64,000 bases of DNA from Eledone cirrhosa (GCA_964016885.1 CAXHJY010000988.1:102147-166146), one strand, 5' to 3'. Positions 16,931 to 29,338 are shown, counted from the stretch's first letter. Notes: generated by a model from the letters alone, not told the origin. Numbers and translations are program-made.

Positions 16931-17115
16931 CAGTATCAGTAGAGGGTCGGACGCCATGCTTTGAAACGTAGAGTTACGACCCTTTACGGTCTGAGTTAAA
17001 ATCCCACCGAGGTTAACTTTGCCTTTCATCTTTACAGGGTCGATAGAATTAAGCACCAGTAATGTACTGGGGTAATTGCTGGCCTTGTGCCAAAAGAAGA
17101 AATAATAATTATTAC
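16930..17115 (+). mobile_element. SINE fragment (gagttaaaatccc...ctttcatc...gtcgata...taccagt family)
   Basis: Related reverse copies at 29508-29705 and 49648-49890. Confidence 0.55.
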
Positions 17116-17124
17116 TATTAACTT

Positions 17125-17500
17125 TTTCAGATTTCACTTGAAGAGGAAGATCCGGGTGGAGAGGGAAGTGTTGCTTTGCAACCAGTTTGTTGAACGGTGG
17201 GAGTGGCGAGCATGGCCGGTGTGAATGGGCCCGCCTTGAGCATACACCTGTAGATTGGAGTAGAAAGATTAGGAGAGGGCACTTTGCCCTAGCGGACAGG
17301 GTGACCGTGGGCTTGTAGGATTTACACAAGTGACCCTTAGAGTCTCTTCACCTCTGGGGAAGTTGCTATGTTTGTTTTAAATATCTATTTTCTTAGTCTC
17401 TTTTATAAATTTTATTTTTACACAAAGAAAAACCCACACTGTATCGTCCTGTACTGTCTTTAATGTTTCCTTAATGTGAGCCCTGTGGCTAATAAAGAAA
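17125..17500 (+). mobile_element. 3' end of an L1/Tx1-like LINE
   Basis: Remnant translation HLKRKIRVEREVLLCNQFVERW resembles an L1/Tx1 ORF2 C-terminus. A 3' UTR follows, ending in AATAAA and a simple-repeat tail. Confidence 0.45.
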
Positions 17501-17603
17501 TCATTATTATTATCATTATTATTTTTATTACCATTATCATTATTATTATAATCATTCTTTTTATACCAAAAACGAAATTAACTGAAATGCTTAAGCAAGA
17601 AAG

Positions 17604-17650
<47 letters not shown>

Positions 17651-17710
17651 CAACAACAACAACAACAACAGCAGCAGCAACAACAACAACAACAAACCAC
17701 AACAAACCAA
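17500..17710. repeat. (ATT)n and (CAG)/(CAA)n microsatellites
   Basis: Directly visible. Confidence 0.9.
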
Positions 17711-18168
17711 ACCAATACATACAGTTTATCACAAAACATAAAGTAACTATTAAGCTATACTCAATATGTGTATATATATTTTAAAGCAAGACAATTATCA
17801 ACGTCTATGTCATGCAGTTATTTGTGAGAAACATTTCATGTCACTAATGATGGAATTACACGAATTGTTTCACGTAGAAACAGTTTTTAATTTTGTCAGT
17901 TTTATTTTATCAGTTTTTTAAATTATTTTTTGTAAGTATGCTATCTGATTGTTGTGACCTCGCATGAAATATTCGAGTAACATAACTTTGTAGCTTCATG
18001 TTGGCAATGAAACAGACTCATTGGAACCAAAATAGCATTGATGAAAGTAACAGTTATGTAGTGGGAGTCGATATTATTGACTTTAAACTTTCCCAAAACA
18101 TTTCTGGCCTTGTGCCAATGTTAGAAAGAATTATTTCCTGAAAAAAAAAACCCAAATTTATATATATA

Positions 18169-18583
18169 TCATCATCATCATCATTTTATGTCCGCTTTTC
18201 CCTGCTTGCAAGGGTGGGACAGTAACCATCCCTCCCCTATTACATATGTCCGCAATTTCTCCAAGCTTCCTCCCCCACCTCCCTAGTTCTAAGACAAAGG
18301 TGCCCAGCCCACACTGTAAAGCGGTTGTGTCAGCAACACAACAAAAAGCACCCAGTCCACACTGTAATGTAGTCGGGTAGGTGACATGACAAAAAGCAGC
18401 CAGCACACACCGTAAACATGGTTGGCGTTAGGAAGGGCATCCAGCCGTCGAAACAAGCCAAAATTTACCCCAGGTGAGCTAAAAATGATTCTCTGACCTG
18501 ATTCTCTCCCTAAGGGTCAACCAGTCTTACCCATGCTAGCGTGAAAAATGGACGTTAAACAATGATGATGATGATGATGATGA
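18169..18583 (+). mobile_element. RTE-tailed SINE/LINE 3' end with an inverted tail fragment at its left edge
   Basis: Contains ggttggcgttaggaagggcatccagcc...ccatgctagc...gacgttaaac(GAT)n, shared with the RTE 3' UTR, and 3 internal aaaagcacccag-cacactgtaa subrepeats. Confidence 0.7.
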
Positions 18584-18717
18584 TATATATATATCTCGGC
18601 GAAACTCCAGAGTAACAAAACTCACTATTTAGCCTTAATAAAATGAATATTGAAACTCTACTTTGGTATTGAGTAAACTTTTATCTCATCTGTCAACTAC
18701 ATATGGATATATATATA

Positions 18718-19603
18718 CGAGGTGTGTCAGAAAAGTTCCAGGACTGATGTCACAAAAGATTTATTTCAAACCCTAACTTCACACTAAGAGTTTTCTCCTT
18801 CAAAGTAATCCTCCTGGAGTCTAATGCACTTTTCCATCCTTTTTTGCCACGCTTGCATGCACTCCTGGAAGGATTCTTTCGGGATCCTCCGTAGTTCCGT
18901 CATCACGGCCTTTTTGATGTCGTCCACATCTTCAAAACGGGTCCCCTCTGGGTCGTACTCAAAGATCCATGACTCATCACCGGTGATGACTGTCCTTAGC
19001 AAGTCTGGTTCAGTTTGAAGATGCTCGAGGATGTCCTGGCACACTTGCATGCGTCGACCCTTCTGGTCATCGTTCGGCAGTTTTGACACCATATTCGCAC
19101 AGACTTTCCGTATGTCCAAATCTTCTGTGAGAATCTTCCAGACACTGTCCCGATTCATGCCCAGCTCATTTGCCATCAGTCGAACAGTCAACCGACGATC
19201 GCTACGCACCATCTACCTGACGCGTTCAACGTTGACCTCAGTCCTGGTTGTTGAGGGCCTTCCGCTCCTGGAGTCATCTTGCCCCACTCAAAAACAGGTG
19301 AGCGTGACATCGTCTCATCTCCATACACTTGCTGCAGCAATCTCAGTGCTTCTGACGGAGTTTTCCCCAACCGTACCAGAAACTTCAAGTTTGTTTGTTA
19401 CTCTGTGCTCATTACTTGACGACCTGAAACAGAGGACATGTATATAAAATTATGAAGAAAAAAGTTTGATTGCTGCAGAGAGCTAAGATTACAGTTACAT
19501 ACTCCAGGGGGATTACTTTGAAGGAGAAAACTCTTAGTCTGAAGTTTGGGTTTGAAATAAATATTTTGTGACATCAGTCCTGGAACTTTTCTGACACACC
19601 TCG
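18718..19603 (-). mobile_element. Internally deleted mariner (Tc1/mariner) DNA transposon
   Basis: TA TSD on both sides. ~103-bp TIRs (cgaggtgtgtcagaaaagttccaggactg...). Transposase remnants MKFLVRLGKTPSE..., RLTVR..A.ELG, VITGDESWIFEYDPE and ...GDYFEG-like C-terminus. Confidence 0.93.
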
Positions 19604-19850
19604 TATATTGTTATACTTTGGGAGGGTCATGCTGCCAATAAAAACACACGCACCTGTTAGTTTTCACTTCAATTTCGCATAGGTGAAACAGCCCATAGCA
19701 TAGGAGAAAGGATAAGTGAACACTGGTGAGAACTCCAGGACGGGAAAAACTCATCAGTACTCCACCAACATGCCAAAATAGAACATAGGGGCACATTAGA
19801 GAATATAGAGATAAAAATGATATCCACACACAGAAGAGATGCAATGCTCA
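19604..19850 (+). mobile_element. PLE fragment: inverted pLTR end joined to a GIY-YIG C-terminal piece
   Basis: atattgttatactttgggagggtcatg... (same as 31840), then IGETAHSIGERISEHW*ELQDGKNSSVLHQHAKIEH, homologous to 35525-35690. Confidence 0.75.
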
Positions 19851-19917
19851 GATATATTTAGTGTAGGCATAAATACAGTTCATAAGTCTTGCTTTGCAAC
19901 ATTTTATTCTTTCACAT

Positions 19918-20125
19918 TTAACCTTTTAGCATTTACGTTACTCTATATTTACTATGGTATTTTCATGGTAAACTCTTTACCTCAAACAATTATCTCGCAT
20001 AATATGGAATCTATGAAATTTTGATGTTATTTATTTTGAGAACAATACCTTAACATCAGTATGAGCAGCCAGTTACGGCCATTTTGAACAGAATGAGGTG
20101 AGAGGTTTAAATGCTAATGGGTTAA
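19918..20125 (-). mobile_element. piggyBac-type TTAA MITE (~210 bp)
   Basis: TTAA-cctt-ttagcattt ... aaatgctaatggg-TTAA. Homologous to 48902-49114 and 40284-41697. Confidence 0.75.
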
Positions 20126-20819
20126 ACTAACATGAAAAATATTGTGTTATTCTCTTCACACGTAGAAAAACATAAGCGGTTTCATGGCTAATTAACTAAC
20201 CATCAGAAAACGATTATCCTCATTCTTCTGTCATTAAAGGGAGCAACAATCAAATACATCTAACACAATCCAAGTATAATTGAGATGGTCAGTCTAGTTT
20301 GCATAATGTGCATCTAGTGGCAGCATAATTAAGCTTCAATATTTCTTAAATTCAGAGTTTGTCTAACCTTTAACACACTAGTAAATTTTCTGAGTTATTT
20401 CCCTTGACACTGCACTATCTATTAAGGGGAGATTACTCTATGGTGCATTTTGTTGCCTCCAGCGCTCTAAAGATATTAAACTAGACACATCTTATATCTA
20501 TATAGTAGTAAAGGTCTCCTAATTTACATAAAATCAGACAGTTAGCATATTCCTATTAATCTGACAGCCATTAAGAACTTACTAATATACTAACACATTG
20601 TGAAAATTTGAAAACTGTATCTTTTATATATAGCAATAAGTAAAAGAACAGAATATAAAAGTAAAGAAAATAGCTTTCTATTTTTATTCTTTACCAATGT
20701 ATAAATATATTGTGAATGACAATTGTCAATCATTATATAAGATATATTTTAAGACTAATTTAACTATAATTTTTAATGTTTGAATTACTTGTATTCTAAA
20801 CAATTCTATTTTTCTACTG

Positions 20820-21112
20820 TAGGTACAAGCATGACTGTGTGGTTAAGAAGTTCATTTTGAAACCATGTGATTTTGGGCAGCATTCCATTGTGTGGCATTT
20901 TGAGTGATTATCTTCTAATACAGTCTTGAGTTGGCCATTGTTTTTTTTTTAATGAATTTGGTAAATGGAAGGTGTAGCTGATCTCAAATTACTGAGACTC
21001 GCAGAGGAGATGACAAAAATATTGAGGGATGCTGTGCTGAAAAGGACTCCTCCAACCCATGCAAGCATAGAAAAACGGACATAAAAATGACAACGATGAT
21101 GATGATGATGAT
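20820..21112 (+). mobile_element. Decayed tRNA-derived SINE with (GAT)n tail
   Basis: A-box-like gtgtggttaagaag head; tail acccatgcaagcatagaaaaacggacataaaa(tga)n. Confidence 0.6.
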
Positions 21113-21512
21113 ATAGACAAATGAATTTATATCAATGTACAAAATATCGACTAGTTGCACCATAACTACTCAATGTAAATTTGATGCAAAAATATCAAAA
21201 ACATAATCGATAATGATATGGATAAAACATTTTTAGTATTTTGCAAATGAATAACATAGACCCAAGCAGAACGTTAAAAATTACATTACATTAGCAATAT
21301 ATATATATATCAAAATTATGCATACAAAATAATCAAGGAGGAGAAATAGGAGATTAGTTGTGAGAAGGGCACAGTGTTAGATGCAAGACAAGCAAACAAT
21401 GTGAGTAAGCCAGAGAAATAATGTCAAGCAAAAAATTGTATAAGCAGAGCTTTAATACAGAAATTAAATATTAAAGAAAACAATACCAAATTCTTGAACA
21501 ACTATATTTAAT

Positions 21513-21638
21513 GGCTGACAGTTGTTTCGGAAACCATATCAGTATTCTGCACATACAGATGATAATTATCGATTATAAAATCAATAATAGTAAGTGATAA
21601 CAAAAAGAAAAATTTGATATGGTAACCTCATTGGAGCC
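21513..21638 (-). ncRNA. Degenerate type I hammerhead ribozyme with long stem II (family B)
   Basis: Minus strand: GGCT-CCAATGA-GGttACCATATCA...TGATATGGTttCC-GAA-ACA-ac-TGT-C-AGCC. All three stems pair. The core is mutated (CCAATGA). Confidence 0.55.
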
Positions 21639-21759
21639 GAAAAGAAAAAATAAACATAAAAATTCAAAAATACATGTCACTGAAAGTAGGGACTACAATA
21701 AATGTAAAACTTGAAGAATACCTGTCCACATATTAGAGATGTAAGTAAGATAATAATGC

Positions 21760-22479
21760 ATTAAAAAAATTTTTTTAAATTAACTTACTAAAATTTTCAC
21801 TCCAACTAATTAGTTTCTGCAATGGGATAAAGACAGTTACGTAATAAACTGTTGAGAATTCATTGCATCATCGGTGAAAATTTTAGTAAGTAAGTTAATT
21901 TTTAAAAATTTTTTTAAAATTTTCTTATTTTACGTCTTTTATATTATTGTTCTGCATCCTCCTGCATTGAACCACCTAGGTACTATGACATAACCTGTGT
22001 ATTTGCTGGCATTATCGTACATCTGTACGCATATGTTAGTAGATATACTAAATTCACTATATTTATCTCCAAATCACTTATTTGTTGAGCAAACCTGCCA
22101 AAACCACTACTAATTTTTTGGTGTGTTAGTAGGCTTCTGTCATCTTACCATCCCACTCCTACCGACTAGCCTCAGTGTCACGTGATTGATTCTTTAGAAT
22201 CTGCCATTTGACCAGTGACAGCGAGATTTTCAGTACATGGAATCCAGTCCCCGCTAGCTGTTCCATTTACCAAATTATTATTATTTTTATATGAGTCCCC
22301 AGTGTCTGCGCATTGCCTGGAGACTTAGCTGAGAATAGACCTTCCCGATGACGCAATGAATTCTCAACAGTTTATTACGTAACTGTCTTTATCCCATTGC
22401 AGAAACTAATTAGTTGGAGTGAAAATTTTAGTAAGTAAGTTAATTTTTTAAAATTTTTTTTTAATTTTCTTATTTTACG

Positions 22480-22490
<11 letters not shown>
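21760..22490. mobile_element. Non-coding HHR-bearing element: inverted copy plus partial tandem (~545-bp period), ending in (TA)n
   Basis: 21760-21874 is the reverse complement of ~22345-22462. 21874-21945 is a direct repeat of 22419-22490. Confidence 0.7.
22341..22419 (+). ncRNA. Type I hammerhead ribozyme variant with CCGAUGA core (family C); inverted copy at 21800-21874
   Basis: CTTC-CCGATGA-(c/T)GCAATG...CATTGCA-GAA-ACTAATTAGT(palindrome)-T-GGAG. Confidence 0.55.
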
Positions 22491-22543
<53 letters not shown>

Positions 22544-22768
22544 TTCAGTAAAGTTGTTTTGGTAAAAAACAGGAGTAAGCAGGAGAAAGCTCTCTACATT
22601 CGTAGTATCAGGTTACGATCGAGATTCAGTATAAGAATAACATTGAGGAAGATGCTAATCACAGCATCTTTCTTAATATTATTCTTTTGTGTATATATAT
22701 ATATATCATCATCATCATCATTTTACGTCTGCTTTTCCCTGCTTGCAAGGGTGGGATATATATATATA

Positions 22769-23340
22769 TTACTTAGTCCATTTACTTAGAATCCAATCTT
22801 TCAATTTTATTTGATAATTCTGTCAGACCCTCAAAAACAATCTTCTCGTATTTAAACACTGATTACTGTTATACATTCGTTTAAATTATGGTCGAATTTG
22901 TAGGTTTAGATTATAAAAATAACCTTCTCGTTAACTTTTTGGGGAACATTCTTCCTTCTTCTTCTCCTCTCCTCTGTCCCCGAGTGCATTGTTTATAAGC
23001 CTACAGGTCCTCTTCACACCCTCCCACTCTCTCAGCAAGTATAAAATGAACCTGTCGGTGGTCACAAATTTCAGAATTCTTCGAATCTTTATCCTTGCCG
23101 AAGGGTCGCTTGAGAAATGTAATGTATTTCACTCCATTTTCTTGTCTCTCCACGTTTTACTCAGTCCATTTACTTAGAATCCAATCTTTCAATTTTATTC
23201 GATAATTCTGTCAGACCCGCAAAAACAATCTCCACGTATTTAAACTCTTATACGTTCGTTTAATGACTTTCTCATATGTAAACACTGATTACTGTTATAT
23301 GTTCGTTTAAATTATGGTCGAATTTGTAGGTTTAGATTAA
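22769..23340 (+). repeat. Direct repeat, ~388-bp period, upstream of the RTE
   Basis: agtccatttacttagaatccaatctttc...aatttgtaggtttagatta occurs at 22775 and again at 23163. Confidence 0.8.
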
Positions 23341-23479
23341 CTTCCCCATATCCCTCCCCCCGCCCCCACTCGCCACCATTATTATATGGTCCAATCATAA
23401 TTCAGCGGCTTATATGTTTCTCTTACCAATCTCTTTCACAAAACCACCGCCTCGGCTATTCACTCCTTAAGTTTAAACC

Positions 23480-26400
23480 TGGTTGCCTTTGATATGCTAG
23501 ATGGACTGTGGGATTCTGGAGAGTATGAAGAATCTGGACACTCAAATGACAATGTCAAAGATAAAGATAAATTCACCTCATGTTGCCAGACGAAAATGCA
23601 AGGATTACTCTTTATTTCGGCCGCGGATGACTAGCATAACCCCATCTCCCACACCCCTCCCTACACCTCCAACCCATCCCTTCCACCCACCAAACGAAAT
23701 CCAAAACTTCAGAGTTGGTACCATGAATGTAGGCACTTTAAAAGGTCGCTCTAATGAGGTTGTAGAGATGCTTGGACGTAAGGAAGTTGATGTTTGTTGT
23801 GTCCAAAGAGACTAGGTGGAGGAGTGGGTCTGCTAGATTCATTGTGGGTAAAAAACGATGTTATAAACTTTTCTGGGTGGGAAATGAAAATGGGCTGGGT
23901 GGAGTAGGAATCATGGTAGCAGAAAAGTGGGCAGATAAGATAATTGACGTAAATAGAGTGAACAACAGAATAATCAGAATAAGACTTGTCCTAAATAGAA
24001 CTACTGTGACAATAATATCCGCTTACACACCCCAATCTGGATTGCCTGGTGTTATAAAAGACAGTTTCTATGAGTCGCTAATGCTCACTACCTCCCAAAT
24101 AACCGACAGTGACTACCTAATTATTGCAGGCGACCTAAATGGTCATGTTGGACAACATTGTGACGGCTATGACGGAATCCATGGAGGCTATGGGTTTGGT
24201 ACTAGAAATGAGGAAGGCTTCAGAATCCTGGAATTCTGTGACGTTAATAACCTAACTATCTGTAACACAAACTTCAAAAAACGAGACAATCACTTGATCA
24301 CGGAACACGCCAGCCAGATGGATTATATCCTTACTAGAAGACGTGACAAAGTGTCTGTTGTAAACACTAATCCCTCCCCAGTGAAGAATGCACCTCCCAA
24401 CATAGCCTCAAAGTTAGCGACCTCATAGTCAGGACGAGATGTACTTGACAACAGAAGAGGACTACTCTGAGGAGAAGAATATGGAAGTTAAACGACCCCA
24501 CAGCCAGTAACAAATTTAAAAGCATATTACTTGATGCTTTCGACAGTAAGGAAGAGCAATTAGAGTCGTACATTATAGAGGAACAGTGGGAATTCTTGAA
24601 AGTTAACCTGCTGAAGGTGACAGATAAAGTCTGTGGCTGGAGCAGACCTATAGGAAGGAGGAGAGTAACTTGGTGGTGGAACAGTAAGGTGGAGGAGTCA
24701 ATCAAGGCCAAAAAGCAAGCTTGGAAAGCATGGCGGGATGGGGGAAGTAGAGAAGACTATCAAGTGGCTAGGAGGGAAGCTAGGAGACAAGTGTACTTCG
24801 CAAGAAGGGAAGCAGAGGAAAGAAAGTTCAAGCATGTTCTACAATGTGAGGACCAAAAACGTGAGGTGTTCAGGATTGCTAGACAATGTGTCAAGGAAAA
24901 CCGTGATATTGTCGGGGAGAAGTGTGTCCTTAATGATGATGGTGTACTTGCCATCACTGATACTGATAAGAAGGTAGCTTGGAAGTGTCACTACAAAAGG
25001 CTACTAAATGAGGAGAATAAATGGGAGAAAGACAGTCTCCCCCACATCGATCCAATAGAGGGACCAGCAGTGCAAGTTGAAGGTAGTATAATAAGTAAGG
25101 CAATCAAAGACATGAAGACAGGCAAAGCAGCTGGGCCTTTGGAGATAGTTGCTGAAATGCTGAAAGCATCTGGAACGGTGGAACATACTATGGTCACCCG
25201 GATAGTAAACCAAGTGTTACAGAATGGGGTCATACCAAATGACTGACGTAGCAGCATCATCATTAACTGCTACAAGGGTAAAGGAGATGCCCGAGATAGG
25301 GGAAACTATAGAGGCATTAAATTAATTGACCAGGTCATGAAGATCACAGAAAGAGTTATAGCACAACTAATCAGAGAGCGAATTGATCTAGATGAAATGC
25401 AGTTTGGGTTTGTGTCAGGTAAAAGTACCACAGACGCTCTTTTCCTTGTACAACAACTACAGGAGAAGTACCTAGCGAGTCCCCCGCTTCATTATCTGGT
25501 GGGCTCTTAGAAAACTAGGTGTAGATGAATGGCTTGTGAGAGCTATACAAGCCATGTATAATAGTCAGCAAGGTTAGAATTAACAACGAATATAGTGAAG
25601 AATTTAGCGTAAAAGTTGGTGTTCATCAGGGCTCTGTCCTTATCCCCCTACTATTTATTATTGCCCTTTAGGCTATAATAGAGGAGTTCAAGACAGGGTG
25701 CCCATGAGAACTTCTATATGCAGATGATCTAACGCTCATAGCTGAATCAATGGCTGAACTAGAGAAGAAATTCTAAACATGGAAGCATGCATGGCCTAGA
25801 ATCAAAAGGCCTTAAAATTAACTTGTCTAAGACTAAAGTTCTAGTATGTAGGAAGGAAAATAGGGCACTGGTCCCCTCTGGTAAATGGTCATGCTCAGTG
25901 TGCAGGAAAGGAGTAGGCAGAAATTCCATTTTATGTCCCAAATGCAAAGTAAGGGTGCATAAAAGATGTAGTGGGATCACAGGTAATTTAATATGTGGTC
26001 GGTGCTCAGGTGCAATAAGTAGTAGCAAGTGCCCACAGTATACTAGCTCCTTCCATTGCCCAGATGGTTCTATAGAAATAATGGACACCTTCCGTTACCT
26101 GGGTGACAAAATCAGCAGTGGTGGAGAGTGCTCAGAAAGTAGAGTAGCCAGAGTCAGAACGGAATGGAAAAAGTTCAGAGAGCTTATACCGCTATTGGCC
26201 GCTAAAGGGTTCTCTATAAAAATGAAAGGCAGATTGTATGATGCCTGCATACGAACAGCAATGTTACATCGCAGTGAGACATGGGCATTGTGTGGAGAGG
26301 ACCTGCACAGACTGGAAAGGAACGAAGCTTGCATGTTCCGTTGGATGTGTAATAGTAATATACGTGAACGGCAAAGCATAAACGAACTAAGTGAGAAATT

Positions 26401-27040
26401 AGGAATAAGAGGGATCTGATGCTGTTTACTCGAGAGAAGACTACATTGTCATGTGATGCGCATGAAAGACAACAGCTGAATAAAAAAGTGCAGGGCGATC
26501 AAAATTGATGGAAGCCACAGAGTAGGCAGACCCAGAAAAACAAGGGATGATTTGATAAATTCCAACCTTACACCTCTCCAAGACAATGTCACTGCACTGA
26601 GATCTTTGGCGCTACGCAGTAATACAGAAGACGCGCCTTGCCTAAGTACAAAGCGAAACCTGCAGTCAGTAGGCACCTCTTAACCAAAAATTCACCCCCA
26701 TCCCACTACCCCTACCCCCACCCCTATCTAAACCACCCCTTTCTCTGTAAAGTTATGTTGATACCACAACATCCAGTCCTAAATAAATGAGGTCGTGTAG
26801 GTGTCACGTCAAAAACACACAGTCCACGCTGTAATGTGGCCGTGTAGGTAACACAGTAAAAACCTCCCAGTTCCACACTGTAAATGTGGTTGGTGTTAGG
26901 AAGGGCATCCAGCCATAGAAAACCTGCCAGACAGTCCTATACAAGCAAGAGAACCAATCTTGCCTCGAGTGGGACAATTCCCGTCTAAACCCATGCTAGC
27001 ATGGAAGATAGACGTTAAACGATGATGATGATGATGATGA
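23480..27040 (+). mobile_element. RTE-clade non-LTR retrotransposon, near full length, pseudogenised
   Basis: APE endonuclease (VGTMNVGTL, SAYTPQ, IAGDLNGHVG, MDYIL), WWWN linker, RT (YKGKGD..NYRGIKL, QFGF, GVHQGS, YADD at 25717), Cys/His finger (CSVC..CPKC..HKRC) and FRYLG. 3' UTR ends in (GAT)n. Many stops and frameshifts. Confidence 0.92.
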
Positions 27041-27041
27041 T

Positions 27042-27290
27042 AGTCAACATAGTCCCGAGAAAGAAACATTGCATGCAAGATTTCACAGCTCTAGCATCAC
27101 TCCTTCATACATTGACCAAGTTACTCTTATGGAATGACCAAATGAGGTTTACTTTTTAACATAGTCTCTAGAAAGAAACAATGCATTTATTAATATTAAT
27201 AAGAGTTGAAATTAATGCATGCAAGATTTCACAGCTCTAGTATTACTCCTTTATAGTTGGCCTATGAACTTTTCAACCAATCCTCATTGT
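27042..27290. mobile_element. Mariner-type MITE fragments (family of 39690-39887)
   Basis: Shares gaatgaccaaatgaggttta...catagtc...tatgaacttttca. Confidence 0.6.
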
Positions 27291-27309
27291 ACATATTCCT
27301 GACAGCGAG

Positions 27310-27742
27310 GATTATCTAAATATACAGAACCAAGTATGGCGTTGAAGACGTTTGGCAGAGTTGGGCCGATAACTGCGAGGTTCTTGCCTTCACTGGTAGC
27401 TCGTCTAATTGAGATAACTGGTGAAGCTTGTGAAGGCACTTGGTTCTCTCAGCGCATCAGCCTCGCTATCACCCGATGTAATGCCAAGCATGCAGGCTTG
27501 CCTCAAAAATTATTAGAGAGATTTGTCCAGTGCTCCTTGCGATATCATCACCTTTTGTTCTGGCAGCGGTTCGTTTGTCCACCCCTTTTGCCGGCCTTTT
27601 GTTGTATCTCATCCTAGATCTGTGTATTACCTGCGTGTATGTGTGTGTGTTTTCTTTTTTCCTTTCCCATTTCTTTCTTTTTTCTCTTTTTATTTGTAAT
27701 ATTATGATGATGGTTATGTTGACAAATAAAGTTTTATCTTAG
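27310..27742 (+). mobile_element. 3' end of a CRE-like RLE non-LTR retrotransposon
   Basis: ALKTFGRVGP..ARFL..L..RL.EITGE...TWFSQRISLAITRCNA matches the ETLG...QRLS.AIQRGNA RLE C-terminal pattern. 3' UTR ends in AATAAA. Confidence 0.65.
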
Positions 27743-28109
27743 AAAGTATACATTTCAAATACAGAATAAAACATCAGACATGGATTTAAACCAACGATTC
27801 TATAGTTTGGGTCTTCAGTATCCTATATGCTCAACAATTTCCTTTCTACAACCATATATATGGTATCATATTTACATAAAGAAGGGCACTCTGTAAAAAC
27901 ATCTTGAAGAAGTCTGAGTGGATAAGAGAGGTTAAAGTGAAGTAGTGTGATAAAGGTCAATTATGTATAAAAGGTTAAATGTAAGATACTTTTGGTCTCT
28001 AAATATACAACATAGTCGGCAACTGTAAATATATTCAAATTCTGAAGCCAAGAACTTTTTCAGACTTTCATATGAAAATATTTGAAGGATGATAATTATA
28101 TATAACACC

Positions 28110-28197
28110 CCACCACATACATACACACATACACATATGTATATGTGTATGTGTGTATATATATACATATATATGTATATCACATATAAATATATAT

Positions 28198-28275
<78 letters not shown>
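28110..28275. repeat. (TA)n/(CATA)n microsatellite
   Basis: Directly visible. Confidence 0.9.
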
Positions 28276-28277
<2 letters not shown>

Positions 28278-28324
28278 AATGAATAATAACAGGTAGACAT
28301 CATAAAAAGGTAATTTATTCCGTG

Positions 28325-28436
28325 TGCTTACAAATGTTTCTACAGTGGTTATACAGCCTAGTTATGCTATGTGCAAATTTATAACTATTTGCAAAACTCA
28401 ATTATCAAATGCTGTGACCACTGTATCATCAGAGCA
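28325..28436 (-). ncRNA. Type I hammerhead ribozyme with extended stem II (family D)
   Basis: Minus strand: TGCT-CTGATGA-TACAGTGGT-cACAGC...GCTGT-ata-ACCACTGTA-GAA-ACA-tt-TGT-A-AGCA. Canonical core, three paired stems, GUA site. Confidence 0.82.
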
Positions 28437-29102
28437 GAATGGCTTAAAATGTACAATGTAAATACCCTTAAGTGGGGAAGATAGAGTAGAAAGGAAGAGA
28501 GAAAAGAAGTGGAGAGGAAGAGAGAGAGAGAGAGATATGCAGGGGTTGGAGAAATGGGAGAGAGTGGTTTGTAGATATCTTAATCAAAATGTTGTGGTAG
28601 GGGTTTTATTATACTTTATTATACTTAAAGCGACCACCTTAAGCGATGTGTTGATAGTCAAGGTTGGAATTATTTATTGCCCCAGAGGGCAGGTTCATAG
28701 ATGTGGAGAGGGAGGGAGGTAGACCTAGGGCGAGAGAGAGAGAGTGGAATGGATAGAGAGGGAGAGATAGAGAGGGGACAGACGAAAGCTAAGGGGTGGG
28801 TGTACATTGAGTTCATAGTAGTAATCTACGAATTGCACTAAGTTTCCATTTATAGTGATAAGCAGGGTATTGTCTTGTAGTGTGGGGGGAAGAGAAAGTG
28901 GTTAGCTAGAATGCAATGTTATAGTTACGGGTTCGAATGTTAAGTTATTTTATAGTGAGAGAATTTAGCTTTCAGTTTGTGGTTGCAGTATAATGATCGT
29001 TCGATTCTATCATTTAGTAATTTATTTTAACCTCTCACCGTACTTCAACCATATCCAGTGTAGTAATTAACCATTACTACATCTTGGGTAATCCTATACC
29101 TA

Positions 29103-29159
<57 letters not shown>

Positions 29160-29338
29160 TATGTGTGTGTATGTATATATATATATATATGTATATATAT
29201 ATACATCATCATCATTGTTTAACGTCCATCTTCCATGCTAGCATGTATATATATATATATATATATATATACGTTATTCCGGGTTGAATCGGAGGTAACC
29301 ACAGTAAGTAAGGTACTCAATACATAGCAGAGTATAAC

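Noticed and set aside
5397-16971. 3000+ aa ORFs (ITIITI, SND, HYY, poly-L)
   Set aside because: Translations of a stop-poor triplet-based minisatellite, open in several frames on both strands. No domain, splice or promoter evidence.
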